A DNA stretch of 64,000 nucleotides from Botryllus schlosseri (GCA_051294905.1 CM119373.1:33914001-33978000); one strand, 5' to 3'. Shown: positions 1 through 13,357, counted from the stretch's first letter. The notes: generated by a model from the sequence alone, not told the origin. Numbers and translations are program-made.

Positions 1-949
1 TGACATATAGGTAGCAGTCCATCACAACTATTGCATTAAATCGTGTCATACTATCTTCATAATTGAAATGCCGCTGCTCGGTCAAAGACTTTCTGTCCAT
101 GTCAAACCACATAAAACGTTTAACTTTTCCATTCGTCATTATAATGCCAGGAGTGCAGTCACCTTTGTAATCACTGGCTTCTACATCTGATCTCTCAGGT
201 AGCGACTTCATGATGTACATCATGCATTCGGTGGATTTGGCAACAGTTGGTTGCTGAGATAAAAATTTAAGATAGTAGACGGGGATTTTTTCCAGGTCGA
301 TGTGCTTCAGTAAATCAAAAACTTGATCGGCACGATCCAAGTCGTCATTAACCCAAATCATTGACGCTTTGCATTTAATAACATCCATCACATGCAAATC
401 TTCAGAGGAAATCAAATCCTCTAGGAAATCGAACTCAAGTTCCTTGAAATAGGATGTTTTCATGATCGAATGAAAGTGATCGCGAGCAAAACTTCTGCAT
501 GCTTCCTGTAATTGTTGACAGAAATACTTATCAGCAATATACCTGGTATCGAAAAAGGAATCGACGTCAAGATTTTTCTCCAGTAAAAGGGACATAGCAT
601 CGCATACTTTATCAATTCCAAACAAATGCGCCACATACATTAGTTCTTCCGTTTTTCGAATAGGAAAATACGCTTGTCCAGTGTACATGATTTCAATGCA
701 GGTCATCACACATTCAGGATCGACATGCTTTAAATCAACCTTTCCCAACATGTTTTCTTTTGTGTCGTGATTGAGCATCTTTGCAAAATACTCGGAACTT
801 GCGGCAATGACGCACTTGTGAACAAAGATTTCCTTTTCTCCCGCTTTGATAATGAAGTCGCAATACTGTTGATTGACTCTGAACTCATTAAATTTCGATA
901 GAAGGTCGAGGGCATGACCCGGCTTGCCAATATCCAGAAGATGTTCCAT
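1..949 (-). CDS. BTB-BACK-Kelch protein K1 (KLHL-like), 3' end runs off window
   Basis: ATG at 949; hand translation open to base 1 (MEHLLDIGKPGHALDLLSKFNEFRVNQQYCDFIIKAGEKEIFVHKCVIAASSEYF...YTG, BACK, start of propeller); paralog of K11/K6. Confidence 0.88.
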   Translation of the reverse strand, partial: MEHLLDIGKPGHALDLLSKFNEFRVNQQYCDFIIKAGEKEIFVHKCVIAASSEYFAKMLNHDTKENMLGKVDLKHVDPECVMTCIEIMYTGQAYFPIRKTEELMYVAHLFGIDKVCDAMSLLLEKNLDVDSFFDTRYIADKYFCQQLQEACRSFARDHFHSIMKTSYFKELEFDFLEDLISSEDLHVMDVIKCKASMIWVNDDLDRADQVFDLLKHIDLEKIPVYYLKFLSQQPTVAKSTECMMYIMKSLPERSDVEASDYKGDCTPGIIMTNGKVKRFMWFDMDRKSLTEQRHFNYEDSMTRFNAIVVMDCYLYV

Positions 950-2163
950 CACATTTGACCAGTTTATAGCCAAAATATATACCACACTCAAAAACTTTAG
1001 AATAATATCTGTAACTGTAACATCATACACACGGTGAGATTAGTTGTACTACATTGATGCAACGGTATCATCATATTCCTAACATAAGGATAGGAAAGAA
1101 AATGCAACCCCACATGTTAGTAAAGAGTGATATCCTTGGGCTCAGGTGACAGTAGATAGACTTAATCAAAAAATTTAATGGTACAGGGTCAAGCACGTAT
1201 CTGGGTCTCAACAAAATCTACAGAAAGCAACAAAACACAGACATGTACAATTGTACAGTGGACACAAAACAATGGCCGAAAAGTACGTACCAAGTAACAG
1301 CCTAGCACCTGGGAAATGAATGCCAAATCGCATCGCAAAAACTTTTTAGCGTACGTAACAAAAACGTACCATAAAATTGTAGTTTGTGATGCTGAACCAC
1401 AGTTTCAGGAGAACCAACTTATAGTACTTGAACAAGTTACATATTTTGAAAATCTTTCCAGCATCCACTAGCAGGTAGTGACGAACACAATTAAGTTCAG
1501 TTCATCAGGAATTTTCATCAACTCAAAACACCAGAAGACTGCGATACAATGAAAATATAGTGAGGTGTAGAAACGATTTGGAGTAGTCTTTGAAATCAGA
1601 CACCCACCTGGGACGGAGCAAAGTGAATGGAAGGCATGCACATGCACACTAAACGAAGAGCAAAAGAAGATAGTACAAAAAGACAAGAAACAAAATGAGG
1701 TGGCATGTGACGGAAGGCGAGATTGATATGTCACTTCATGGTCTGGTAGACTTGAGGACTGACTAGTGTTCAATCAGTAGAAATTGATTGTGTTTCGACT
1801 TGAATATGGACACGCTCTGGGAATGCCGGATAGCCGACGAGATGACGATTCGAATGCTCTAATCCAAACCATGTAACAAATGTTACGATCTGAGGTGAGA
1901 AGTGACAGATGATTATTTTCTGAGTACGGTACTAAGATCGAACGCCCCTTTCCATGAAAAGGTATATCGTCAACGAGAGTTTGACGCTTTTTTCTCAATG
2001 TGGAACCGTCAAAACCGAATTCACGGGATCCAAAACTCATAGCAGAGCTACGCAGGTTACTGTTGATTAAATTTCAGCAAAGTCATAATCAACCCACAGC
2101 AATATCACAAATTGAAATGAAATCCGCATGGTCACAAAATACCATATTATTTACCCCCTAGGC

Positions 2164-2557
2164 CAGTGGTTTTCAACTGGTGGGGAATTCGATGGTTGGT
2201 TTCTGGTGGGGTATAGACACATTTGTAAACCGTAATATACAGGATGGTCTACCACACATGCGCGATTACCGTTACCAGTTATCTAGTCTGGACTGTATGA
2301 ATCAAAACTCATAAATTGAAAGTGTCCTCGAAGGACGCCTAAATGACCTTCTAGTCAACACAATACTATCGGTTGACAATTTTCAAAATCACAAGCTTTC
2401 TTGAAGCTTTCAGAATTCATAACAAGAGTCCTCTTTTTGGGATCTCAAAATATGGTAACCTATTTCAAACGGTATATAGGAGTTTTGGGTAGCGGGGAAT
2501 AAAGACTCGGGATAAATCTGAAGTGGGAAATGAAGACAAAAGGGTTGGGAACTACTG
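2164..2557. mobile_element. Old hAT-type MITE in spacer
   Basis: Ends CAGTGGTTTTCAAC / GTTGGGAACTACTG; degenerate flanks ccctaggc/atccaggc; absent from paralogous spacers near 19520 and 53275. Confidence 0.55.
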
Positions 2558-3225
2558 ATCCAGGCCTATATGAGGTGTAAAAGTGACCTTACATTTTTTG
2601 TGGCTGCATTCAAGTTAGCCGACATATATTAACATAACCAAGGATTATAGTTCTATGATGCTATATTAAGTGATAGTTGAATAAACACCTGATTCTCCAT
2701 CTCCTAACTCAGGTACTCGTTTTTTTACAAGCCCTACTAACAAGCATAAAACAAACTTCAATAGTTTTTAAGCATGGGTATGATACGTGTACGCCTACAC
2801 GGACACAGACCAAGAAACACAGTCAGATAGCATGAAAATGCACAAGCAATAAACAGAGAATGATGGTATGAAAAAGCAATATAAATGCCGCTACATAGTT
2901 TAGTTGCTTGATAACAAAACTTGCTTATCGTGAAGATGTCAATGAATGCTGTGATACTACCTGCAACCAATAACTATAATTCAATAGCTTACTGTACTAG
3001 CTAGTTTCAAGATATCTCTCACAGTCTTATAGAACTTACAATTGAATTTGAAGAAAACGGTGACTGTACTAAGTTCAATAACTTGGAAGTTAAGTTCATC
3101 ATTACAATACCAATGTGGTGCTGGTAAAAGTAAAAATAGATGCAACACTGTAAATTTTATGGAATTACAAGTACAGTTAGCAATATCTAAGACATGTCAA
3201 AACTAAAACTGACTGATGACACAAG

Positions 3226-3680
3226 CAGGGTTGATATGACTCGAGTCGCGAATTTCCGTCGACTTGACTTGACCTTGCAATTTTCTGTATTGACTTGCAT
3301 AATTCCCACGACTTGTGACATTGTATATGGCTTGATTTAAGTCTCGTGATCATGGACGATGCCCAAAAATAAGCTCAGAACCAGTGTTTTTGTTTATTTG
3401 AAGGGACATAATGAGATTGATAAAAACTAGGGTGTTACGAGTTGGAGCCATCGAAATCACCAACGAACTTTAGAAATGTGACTTCAACGTGACTTGAACC
3501 CTATAATAAACAAGGAAGACTATGGCTTGGACTCGAGTCTCAAGACTGTGACTTGAAGTCGGCTAATTTTTCTTAGACTTGGACTAGGACTAGACCAGGT
3601 GGTGAGTGGTTAATGACTCGCTTTCACTCGAGTCAAAGCTAAAAAAATTAATACTTACTCGTGACTTGGCTGCAACCCTA
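3226..3680. mobile_element. hAT MITE (GACTCGAGTC-rich family), ancestral insertion copy 1
   Basis: CAGGGTTG...CAACCCTA ends; 8-bp TSD gacacaag/gacacaac. Confidence 0.75.
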
Positions 3681-4291
3681 GACACAACACAGAATAGTCT
3701 TTAAAAAAAGAATCCATCGATATATATTGTCGAATCCATGTGGTTTACATGACAATTTCACTCATAAATGTGGTAAAGCTTATTTCAAATTACTTTCAAT
3801 TTCTCAAAATCCAAATTGTGAAAAGTTATAATTTTTACCTAAGATTTGTTAAAGTAGAATGAGTCTGAAAAGGACGTGGGAAAGTAGCACACGTAACCTA
3901 AACCTAAGCCTTTAGTACACTACACAGTCCACACCAACTCAAAATATTCTACAACTGTAAAACAACGATGATACAGAACTCAGGGTGATTTGGTTTACGA
4001 CATGCAGACAACGCCTTACCTATAGTTAAAACCGTAATGTAAAACAATGATGGAATAAAAAATAGGAAATGTTGAGAAAACTAAGAGACTTTCATCCAGC
4101 AAAAGGCATGCAGGTTGGCATATTCTAAATGCCAAGTCAAGTAGATGACCAAAAATATTATCCAGCATATTTAATATAGACATGCATATAGATTCCCCAT
4201 GCATGCCACTTCACATGACATAAATGTCATGTAAGGCTTAATTCCGGTCAATTGAAGTGTAAATATAAGGTAATTCTTCCATACTCAAAAG

Positions 4292-5575
4292 TTACTTTGT
4301 GTCAAAATGGGCTCGCATGTGGTTCCTCAAACAGGAACTCCTGACGAATAACTTTCCGCATATTTCACACCCATAATCTTTTACGTTCAAATGGCTCTTC
4401 ATATGTTGCCTCAGAGAATGTTTTTGAACAAACGCTTGACCACACGTTTGACATTTGAAATCTTTTAGATCCAGATGGATACGCATATGCCGATTCAAAG
4501 AACATTTTTGGTTAAATGAAAGGTCGCATCTCCCACATTTAAAATCTTTCACGCCATAATGGATGAGCATGTGTCGCTGTAGGGATAGCTTTTGACTAAA
4601 ATATTTGCCACAGACTTCACACTCGAATTTCACAGCAAAATGGATGAGAGTGTGATTTTTTAAATACAGCAGTGTGGAGAACGATTTTCCACATGTCTCA
4701 CACTCATGTCTCTCATCGTTAGTGCGTGAATGGATGAGCAAGTGGTCAGCTAAACCTTCCCTTCGCTTGAACGATCTTCCGCATATTTCACACGAGAAAT
4801 TATTCACATCCAAATGGATCGCCATATGCTTTCGCAAACCATCTGTCCTCCTATGTATTGAGCCACATATGTCACACTTTAACTCTATACCATCAGTGTG
4901 CATCCTCGAATGATTTCTTAGAGACTGTTGATGCTGGAAAAGTTTACCGCATACTTGGCATTCAAAGCTTTTTACAGCAGAGTGGACGGACATATGTGAT
5001 TTCAAAGCTGTCTTTGAGCAGAGCAACATTGCGCAAATTTTGCACTCAACTTTTTTGATAGCGGATGCATTATGGACGATCTTTTTATGTTTTCTCAAAT
5101 CTTTCTTTGTGAAGAATGATCTTTCACAAATTTCACATTTGAAACTTTTCACGTCAAAATGGCGCAGCACGTGATTCTTCAAACCTCTCATTTCTTTTAG
5201 AACTTTGCCGCAAATTTCGCATGTAAAATTTTTTGTACTCGAATGGAACTGCATGTGCTTTTTGAGATCATCTCTTTGTCCGAAGGGCAAATGACATGTT
5301 CGACAGATCACAGTTTCCGTAGCAGAATGAAGCAGTAGGTGCTGACTCAAATTCCATTCAGAGGACAATGATTTGAAACAAATTTCACATTTGAAAGGCT
5401 TTACGCCAGCATGGGTCAGCAAGTGCTGACCTGAACTGGATTCATGCGCTAAGGATTTAAAATAAATTTCACATTTGAGAGGCTTCACCGCACGAGTGTG
5501 AATCAGCAAGTGAATTTTCAGATGACTCTTTGTGCTGTAAAATCGACCACAAACGTCACACTCGTGGTATGGCAT
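4292..5575 (-). CDS. Poly-C2H2 zinc-finger protein Z1 (15 fingers, F2 degenerate)
   Basis: ORF 4292..5638; first ATG (MPYHEC) at 5575; tandem Cx2C...Hx3H fingers, no effector domain visible. Confidence 0.9.
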   Translation of the reverse strand: MPYHECDVCGRFYSTKSHLKIHLLIHTRAVKPLKCEIYFKSLAHESSSGQHLLTHAGVKPFKCEICFKSLSSEWNLSQHLLLHSATETVICRTCHLPFGQRDDLKKHMQFHSSTKNFTCEICGKVLKEMRGLKNHVLRHFDVKSFKCEICERSFFTKKDLRKHKKIVHNASAIKKVECKICAMLLCSKTALKSHMSVHSAVKSFECQVCGKLFQHQQSLRNHSRMHTDGIELKCDICGSIHRRTDGLRKHMAIHLDVNNFSCEICGRSFKRREGLADHLLIHSRTNDERHECETCGKSFSTLLYLKNHTLIHFAVKFECEVCGKYFSQKLSLQRHMLIHYGVKDFKCGRCDLSFNQKCSLNRHMRIHLDLKDFKCQTCGQAFVQKHSLRQHMKSHLNVKDYGCEICGKLFVRSSCLRNHMRAHFDTK

Positions 5576-5822
5576 GGAATGGCGGAATGAATAAACAGGG
5601 TTCCTTGTGACCAGCTTCCGCGAGTAATAACTTGACACAAATTTAACAAAGCGTGTTCAACTGCGCTCTATGATGAACTTGCTGCGTGTCTTGTAACTAA
5701 AACTAGCCCAAATCGTCCCAATGCTCAAATCAGTCCGAGTTTGAAAATTCAAGGTAGTGATGAACGATGATAGAAGCAGAGCTGCCACAGAGGTATCAAT
5801 CTATAAATTTCAATGCATCAAT

Positions 5823-5920
5823 CTGAAAAAGTAAGCAGGACTATTATTAAATCAGTGTAAATATAGCTTGTGGGAACTGACTACAGCCATGATCAAATGA
5901 TGTTCATATTTACCGCTTAC
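5823..5920 (-). other. Putative 5'UTR intron of Z1 (98 bp)
   Basis: GTAAGC donor and CTTACTTTTTCAG acceptor; GT/AG kept at the same positions in five ZNF copies. Confidence 0.6.
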
Positions 5921-6027
5921 ATGCTGACACAACACAACAATATTTCTTTTTGAATTGACTGCTAAAAGAGCAGTGTGTCCGTCACATTTCTTTGAACTCG
6001 TCAAAAAATGATTAAAACACGTTAAGG

Positions 6028-6544
6028 CGGTGGTTCTCAACCTTTTAAACCCCAAGGCATGCTTTCGAAATGAAAAATAGTAGGGTACACACCAGCAAAC
6101 TACCAGAATACTTAGCAGCACCCACTGCAGTAGTAACATTGACTAATGTGCCAATCCAAAATGCTTCTGTATTAAAAGTTAAGAAGTTCTCACGAAAACA
6201 AAACAATTCGTTGAATTTCATCACAGAGAAAGTCAGCGCAAGATTCGTGCTTGACTTCTAGCGCATATCTTTTCAATGTGCGGGCACTCATAGAATAATG
6301 CAATTTTCATCTTTTCTTCACGATCACCACTAACGAATACGGAAGAGTGGGAGCGAAAGCAATTCAATGCATTTTCACGCAAATCGTTTAGCATGTGCGT
6401 GAGGACTGAGGATAACCATACCTCAATAGTACTACTGGGAGCAACCGGCAGTTCAATTCCACTGACAAGACATGATACTCTTATTACAATATTTGAAATT
6501 GTCAAGACAAATGCATAATGAACACATTCAATATATTTTATCAA
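6028..6544 (-). mobile_element. Buster-type hAT 3' end remnant with decayed transposase C-terminus
   Basis: TIR CGGTGGTTCTCAACC at 6028; ORF 6233..6544 ends ...MKIALFYECPHIEKICARSQARILR, resembling the hAT C-terminus ...RIALSTTKPRIAKLVVDMQAQPSH in this window. Confidence 0.5.
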
Positions 6545-6657
6545 GCCTAGATCATGGGACGACGTAAAATCTTAGTTTCTAGTTCCACTTTAACTGACAC
6601 CTCTTGAAAAACACAACTGCTTGTGCAGAAAGAATACTACAAAGACCTCATGCATCA

Positions 6658-8279
6658 TCACAAAATAATTCCTGCCGAATAGAGGTTGAGATCCAGAGAC
6701 TTCACGTCTTGCCAATCGAATTCTATCAACGTATTCAACAAATTCGTCTTGGGGTTGAATTCGAGGATACTCGTGCATGGTCTGTTAGAAAAGAATCCAC
6801 CGCATATGTATACCTTCCGCCAACACAATAAGTCACAAAATATGAACGTTGCAAATTGGGAAGTGGGATTTGCGTCCAAATATATGCATCATGGGGCAAC
6901 AAAAGAATGTTGCTTCCATACTGCGACTTGCCACTAAGACCACCAAGAACGTAAATGCTCTTATCCAAGGTGCATGCGACTGCACCAGTTCTCTTATCCG
7001 GTAAGGATGGCCCAATTGACCAAGTGGATGTCGAAAAGCTGAAACATTCCACATCTTGTATATAATTATTTAGTCCATTAGAGCCTCCAATTACATAAAG
7101 CTTATGCTGGGAAATAGTGAAGGCAGACGAAAGAGTTCTATATTGCTTGTTGGGGAGCTTCGACCAATGGTTATTATTTATGTCATATTGAGCCAAACAG
7201 CAGCTCGGATATTCATTTGCTACATAAAATTTACCCGATTTACAGGCAACTACACTGCTGTAATATGGAAATGAACGTTCAAGTTCTTTCCAGAGCGAAT
7301 CATTTTCGAGAAAATTACGATAGTACAGATCATATTTGAGATCAATAACATATATGTAGCATTCCATTACAACAACTGAGCCTGGTATAAAATTGAATGG
7401 CCGTAGCTCAGTGACCGACTTTCTGTCTATGTCAAACCACATGAGACGAGAAAGATCAACATTCACCATCAAAATACCAGGAGTACAGTCACCTTTGTAA
7501 TCACTGGCTTCTACATATGATTTCTCGGGCAGCGATTTCATGACGCACGTCATGCATTCGGTGGATTTGGCAACAGATCGTTGCTGAGATAAAAATTTAC
7601 GATATGAGATGGGTATTTTTTGCAGGTCAATATGCCGCAATAAGTCAAAAAGTTGATTGGATCGATCCAAGTTGTTGTTGAACCAAATCATCGCGGCTTT
7701 GCACTTGATCACATCCAACATCTTCAAATCTTCAGAGGAAATCAAATATTCCAGGAATTCGAAATCAACTTCCTTGAATTCGTCCATTTTCATGATCGCG
7801 TGAAAGTGTTCATGAGCAAAACTTCTGCATGCTTGCTGTAATCGTTGACAGGAATACTTATCGGCAATATTTCTGGTGTCGAAAAACGAGTCCACGTCAA
7901 GATTTTCATTCAGGAAAAGTGACATTGCATCGCATGCTTTATTAATTCCAAACAAATGTGCCACATACATTAGTTTTTCCGTTTTTTTAATCAGGAAGGA
8001 AGCTTGTCCAGTGTACATGATTTCAATGCAGGTCATCACACATTCAGTATCCACATTCTTTAAATCCACCATTCCCAACCTGTTCTCTTTTGTGTCGTGA
8101 TTGAGCATCTTTGCAAAATACTCGAAACTTGCGGCAATGACGCACTTGTGAACAAAAATTTCCTTTTCTCCCGCTTTGATAATGAAGTCGCAATACTGTT
8201 GATTGATTCTGAACTCGTCAAATTTCGACAGAAGGTCGAGGGCATGGCCCGTCTTGTCAATATTCAAAAGATGTTCCAT
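6658..8279 (-). pseudogene. BTB-BACK-Kelch K2, 1-bp deletion in last blade
   Basis: ORFs 6735..8282 and 6658..6879; taccttccgccaacac (~6817) vs taccttctctccaacac in intact paralog K5. Confidence 0.85.
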
Positions 8280-9150
8280 CACAGCTCACCAGTTTATATC
8301 CAAAATATATAGCTCACTAAAAAACTTTGGAATAAAACTGTAACTGTAACATCAGATACATGGTGAGTTTAGTTGTAACATATTTATGCAACGGTATCAT
8401 CATATTCCTAACATAAAGATAGGAAAGAAAATTTAATCCCACATGTTAGCGAAGAGTGATATCCTTGGGCTTAGGTGACAGAAGATGGAATACTAAGGAT
8501 CAAATTGAATATTATACGGTCAAGGACATTTTAGGGTCTTTAACATAATCTAAGAAGAAATACCTTCCTTATTCTACAGAAAGCAACAAAACACAGACAT
8601 CTACAGTGGACACAAATAGATGGAAGAAAAGTACCAACCAAGTAACAGCCAAACCGAATCACATCGGAAAAACTTTTTAGCGTACGTAACAAAATCGTAC
8701 TATAAAATTGCAGTTTGTGATGCTGAACCACAGTTTCAGGAGAACCTACTTATAGTACTAAACGAGTTACACAGTTTGAAATTTTTCTAGCATCCACTAA
8801 CAAGTAGTGTCGAGTACAATTTAGTTCAGTTCATTAAGAGTTTACTTCAATTCAAAACATCACAAGACTGCGATACAATGAACAAATAGCAAGGTGTCGA
8901 AACGATTAGAAGTAGGCTAGTCTTTGACACCAGACACCCACCCAGGCCCAAGCAAAGTAAATGGATGACATGCACACTGAACGAAGAGTAAAAGAACATA
9001 ATATAAAAAGACAACCGACAAAATAAGGTGGCATGTGACGGAAGGCGAGATCGATATGTCAGGTCATGATCTGGTACACCTGAGGGCTGACTAGTGCTCA
9101 TGCTCATTCAGTAGAAATTGATTATACTTAACTTGAATATCGATACACTT

Positions 9151-9654
9151 GGAGCTTTGGAGCCGGAGCAAGGAGCCGGAGCCGTGCATTTTCACCGGAG
9201 CTCAACATGAAATCGTGTGACAATTAAACACTCGAAGCGTGAAAAAAATTTCACTACTATTTTAGTTCATTGTAATGTACGAAGCTTTACTAGAAATGTG
9301 ACTGGACCCTGGATCTGCCAATGCGTCGGAACTGATATTTTAGTCATCAACATCCAAAGTGTCCCAGCCAGACTTGTTATTTTTGGTTGGCCTTGCAAGT
9401 TCATAATCTGAGCAATTCATTTTTGATAATATCACAGGATTCCGATAATAAAATAGGAAATTATCTCGTGGGCCACTCAAAACCCTCTCGCATGACACAT
9501 TTGGCCCGCTGGCCGCGGGTTGGCCACCGCTGATATAGACAAACCCATTCGATAATTTTCAGAGCCGGAGCCGGAGCTGGGGCTAATGTATGAGGAAAGA
9601 AAGCTCTGGAGCCGGAGCTGGAGCAGTTAAAATTTACGCTGCTCCAAAGCCCTG
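9151..9654. mobile_element. hAT-type MITE with GGAGCC repeats, left end lost
   Basis: Right TIR GCTCCAAAGCCCTG; left side begins ggagctttggagccggagc; contains a nested GTTGGCCACCGCTG end near 9520-9535. Confidence 0.6.
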
Positions 9655-10102
9655 CATGTAGGTCTACATGGAACATAAAGCGAGAAATACAGAAATATAG
9701 TATGAAAATGCACAAGAAACAAACGGAAAGATGGTACGAAAATGGTCAAGCAATGTAAATTGATGAGCACATGAAGCTACGGAGATTTTTTGCCTTGATA
9801 ACAAAACTTGCTTATCGTGAAGATTAGAATGAATATTGTGATCCTACGTGCATCTTGTATCTGTATTTCGACAGCTTTGCATACAACTTAGCTAAAAGAT
9901 ATCTCTAGCAGTTTTACAGATCTTACAATTGACTTTAAAGAAAATGGTTGATGAACTTAATTTTAATAACATTGAAGTTTGTGTTCATCCTTTCACTACC
10001 GATGTGGTGAAAGTGGAAATACCCCAGTATATTTTGCTGAATTACAAATAGAAGTAGCAATATCTATGACATGTCAAAACAAAAAATGCCTGACGACAAA
10101 AC

Positions 10103-10570
10103 CAAGATCGTGATGAATTGAGTAGCAAATTTCCATTGACTGGACTTGACTCTGTCGAGTCATTTTCTGTATAGACTCGACTTTTAGTACAGTCATTAAG
10201 AATGACTCAAACAAGTTATAAGACTAGAGACTATATATATGGATTGATTCAAATCTCGTGAATCAGGAACGATACCAGAAAAATAGGCCAAGATCAATTG
10301 CTTCGTACGTTTAATTAGACATTTTAAGACTTGATAAAAATGAGTTTGTTTTGAATCGGGGCCTTTGATATCACCGAGGAGCTTTTAAAAAGTTGAGTTG
10401 AACTCGGAACACTATGGCTTGTAGTTGAGTCTCAAGACTATGACTCGACTCAGCCATTTTTTCTTTGAGCCGGACTAGGACTTGGCCTGGCGGTGAGTTT
10501 TAAATTATTCGACTTCACTCGAGCAAAATCTCTAAAAGTAATATTGACTTGTGACTTGGCTACAACCCTA
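10103..10570. mobile_element. hAT MITE, ancestral insertion copy 2
   Basis: TSD gacaaaac/gacacaac; homologous to 3226..3680. Confidence 0.7.
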
Positions 10571-11727
10571 GACACAACACAGAAGAGTCTTCAAAAATAG
10601 AACACGTTGATAAATCAATGCGGTTATTATGACAATTTCACTCACAAATGTGGTGCAACTGTAAAACTACAACAATACAGAACTCACGGTGATCTGTATC
10701 ACGACATGAAGACAATGCCTAATCGGCATGTTCGAAAAATAACATATTATCTATATGTGGTGTTAAACTGCCCGTTTTTTCTTTGTGGCTGAATATGAGT
10801 TGCATATATCGACATTATCATCGCCATTGTTCTATGATGCAATATTAAGTGTTACTCGAATACACACATACGATTTGCAGTCTATTACTCAGGTACTAGA
10901 ATTTTCCAAGCTCTAATAACAATCATAGAACGGACTTCAAATTTTTCAAACATCCGTATGATACATGTAGACATACATGGAACACAGAGCGAGAAATACA
11001 AAAATATAGTATGAAAATGCACAAGCAACATAAATTGACAGGTACATGTCGCTACAGAATTGGCTTGATCAATGAAAAAACGGTACAGTGAAGTGAAGTA
11101 AAGTCGGCTGCATAGCCTAAATTAGCTGATAAAGACTAGAGGAATATTGAGAACCGTGGTATCAACAAGAGCCTTGATGAAGGCTTGTATCGCGAATAGG
11201 ATGTTGCCAGCATCAATCAATTGACGTCATACTTTGTGAAACAATTGTTGATTATACAATTTTCTTTCCAATTCTCTACTAGTTGCTGAAGATTACCCTT
11301 GACGAGTGTCAGGCGTAAATATTCAGGTTCATTTCAATATGAATATACCATTTAATTGGATATTGAAGTTTTGTTTGAAGCTCTTAAAAACTTTTAAACT
11401 ACGGAAATAACGAATTCACGGTGATCTGGTTTACGACATGAAGATAAAGCCTTACCTATAATACAGAGACCATAATGCAAAACAATAATGGAACAAAATA
11501 CAGAAATGTCGAGAATGTTAAGATACATCCATCCTGCAAATTGAATGCAAGTTAGCACATTCCAAATGAGAAGTCCAGTATATGACCCGAAAATATCATC
11601 CATAATATTTAATTTAGAAAAGCATGCAGATTCTCCATGGCATGCCAATTCACATGACAATGAACGCCATGTAAAGTTTAATTCAGGTATATTGAAGTAA
11701 TATTGAAATAAAGTAATCGTTACATAC

Positions 11728-12840
11728 TCAAAGTTCCTTCGTGTCAAAATGGACCTGCATGTGGTTCCTCAAACAAGAACTCCTGACAAATAACCTGCCG
11801 CAGATTTCACACCCAAAATCTTTCACGTCCAAATGGCTCTTGATATGTTGCCTCAGAGAATGTTTTTGAACAAACACTTGACCACACGTTTCGCACTTGA
11901 AATCTTTCATATTCAGATGGATACGCATATGCCTATTCAGAGAACACTTTTGGTTAAATGAAAGGTCGCATCGCTCGCATTTAAAAGATTTCACGCCATA
12001 ATGGATGAGCATGTGCCGCTGTAGGGATTGCTTTTGACTAAAACGTTTGCCACAGATTTCACACTCGAATTTCACATCAAAATGGATGAGAGTGTGTTTT
12101 GCCAGATACAGCAGGGTGGTGAACGATTTTCCACATGTCTCACACTCATGTCTCTCATCTTTAGTATGCGAATGGATGAGTATGTGGCGCGCTAAATCCG
12201 GTCCTCGCTTGAACGATTTGCCGCATATTTCACACGAAAAATTGTTCACATCCAAATGGATCGCCATATGTCTTTCCAAACTACTCTCCATGCTATATAA
12301 TGAGCCACATATTTCACATTTGAACTTTATACCATCAGTGTGCATCCTTGAATGACTTCTCAGACAATCTTTCTGTCGGAAAGGTTTACCGCATACTTGG
12401 CATTCAAAGTTTTTGGCAGAGTGGATGAGCATATGTGATTCCAAAGTCGTCTTTGAGCAGACTAATTTAGCGCAAATTTCGCACATGTATTTTTTGATAC
12501 TGGTAACGGTATGGACTTTCCTATGATTTCTCAAATCTTTCTTTGTGAAGAATGATCTTTCACAAATTTCACATTTGAAACCTTTCATGTCAAAATGGCG
12601 CAGCACGTGATTCTTCAAACCTCTCATTTCTTTTAGAATTTTGCCGCAAATTTCGCACGTGAAATTTTTAGTGCTGGAATGGAACTGTTTGTGCTTTTTC
12701 AGATCATCTCTTTGTCCGAAGGGCAGAGCACAAGTTCGACAGGTCACAGTTTCTGCAGCAGTATGGAGCAGTAGGTGATAAGTCAAATTCCATTTAGAGG
12801 ACAATGATTTGAAACAAAGGCCACATTGGAAAGGCTTCAT
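11728..12840 (-). CDS. Poly-C2H2 zinc-finger protein Z2 (13 fingers, N-terminally shortened)
   Basis: Intact 370-aa ORF from ATG (MKPFQC); decayed fingers upstream. Confidence 0.88.
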   Translation of the reverse strand: MKPFQCGLCFKSLSSKWNLTYHLLLHTAAETVTCRTCALPFGQRDDLKKHKQFHSSTKNFTCEICGKILKEMRGLKNHVLRHFDMKGFKCEICERSFFTKKDLRNHRKVHTVTSIKKYMCEICAKLVCSKTTLESHMLIHSAKNFECQVCGKPFRQKDCLRSHSRMHTDGIKFKCEICGSLYSMESSLERHMAIHLDVNNFSCEICGKSFKRGPDLARHILIHSHTKDERHECETCGKSFTTLLYLAKHTLIHFDVKFECEICGKRFSQKQSLQRHMLIHYGVKSFKCERCDLSFNQKCSLNRHMRIHLNMKDFKCETCGQVFVQKHSLRQHIKSHLDVKDFGCEICGRLFVRSSCLRNHMQVHFDTKEL

Positions 12841-13258
12841 GCTAGCATATATCCGCGAGTGTTGACTTTAACTGGATTTACTGGCAGAGGGTTTAAAACA
12901 AAATTGACATTTGAAAAGGCTCACCGTATGAGTGTGAATCAGTAATTGCTTTTCCAAATCACTTTTTGTGCTGTAGAATCGACCGTAGATGTCACAATTC
13001 GTGGTATGATGTGGCGGAATGAATATACAGTGTTCCTTGTGACTCGCTTTCTAGAGGAATAACTTGCCACAATCTTGACAAAGCGTCTTTAACTGTGTGC
13101 TCCTCTACAGACGTGCTGCGCGTCCTGTACCTAAAACTATCGCCAATTGTTCCAATTCTCAAGTCAGTCAGAGATTGAAAATTCGAGGTATTGACGAACG
13201 ACTATGGAAGCAGAGCTGCAGCAGAGATATGCCAATCTGTTTATCTTTACGCATCAAT

Positions 13259-13357
13259 CTGCAAATAGTAAGCATATCTATTAATAAAATTGTGTAAATT
13301 TTGTTTGTGGAAACCGACTGCAGCAGTGATCAAATGATATTTATATTCAGGGCTTAC
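13259..13357 (-). other. Putative 5'UTR intron of Z2 (99 bp)
   Basis: GTAAGC...CTTACTATTTGCAG. Confidence 0.6.

Noticed and set aside
730-930. Recurrent 66-aa minus-strand ORFs (MASRVMPSTF...) in several Kelch copies
   Set aside because: Alternative frame inside the BTB CDS starting at an internal ATG; no independent evidence.
1468-1773. Spacer ORFs of 60-155 aa (e.g. 1468..1773, 8847..9107, 15451..15918, 25824..26009)
   Set aside because: Frames and stops are not conserved between paralogous spacers; no recognisable domain.
12047-12355. Recurrent 102-aa plus-strand ORF (also 29969..30277, 55853..56161; 79 aa at 4674..4913)
   Set aside because: Antisense shadow of the ZNF codons; recurrence follows from CDS conservation.
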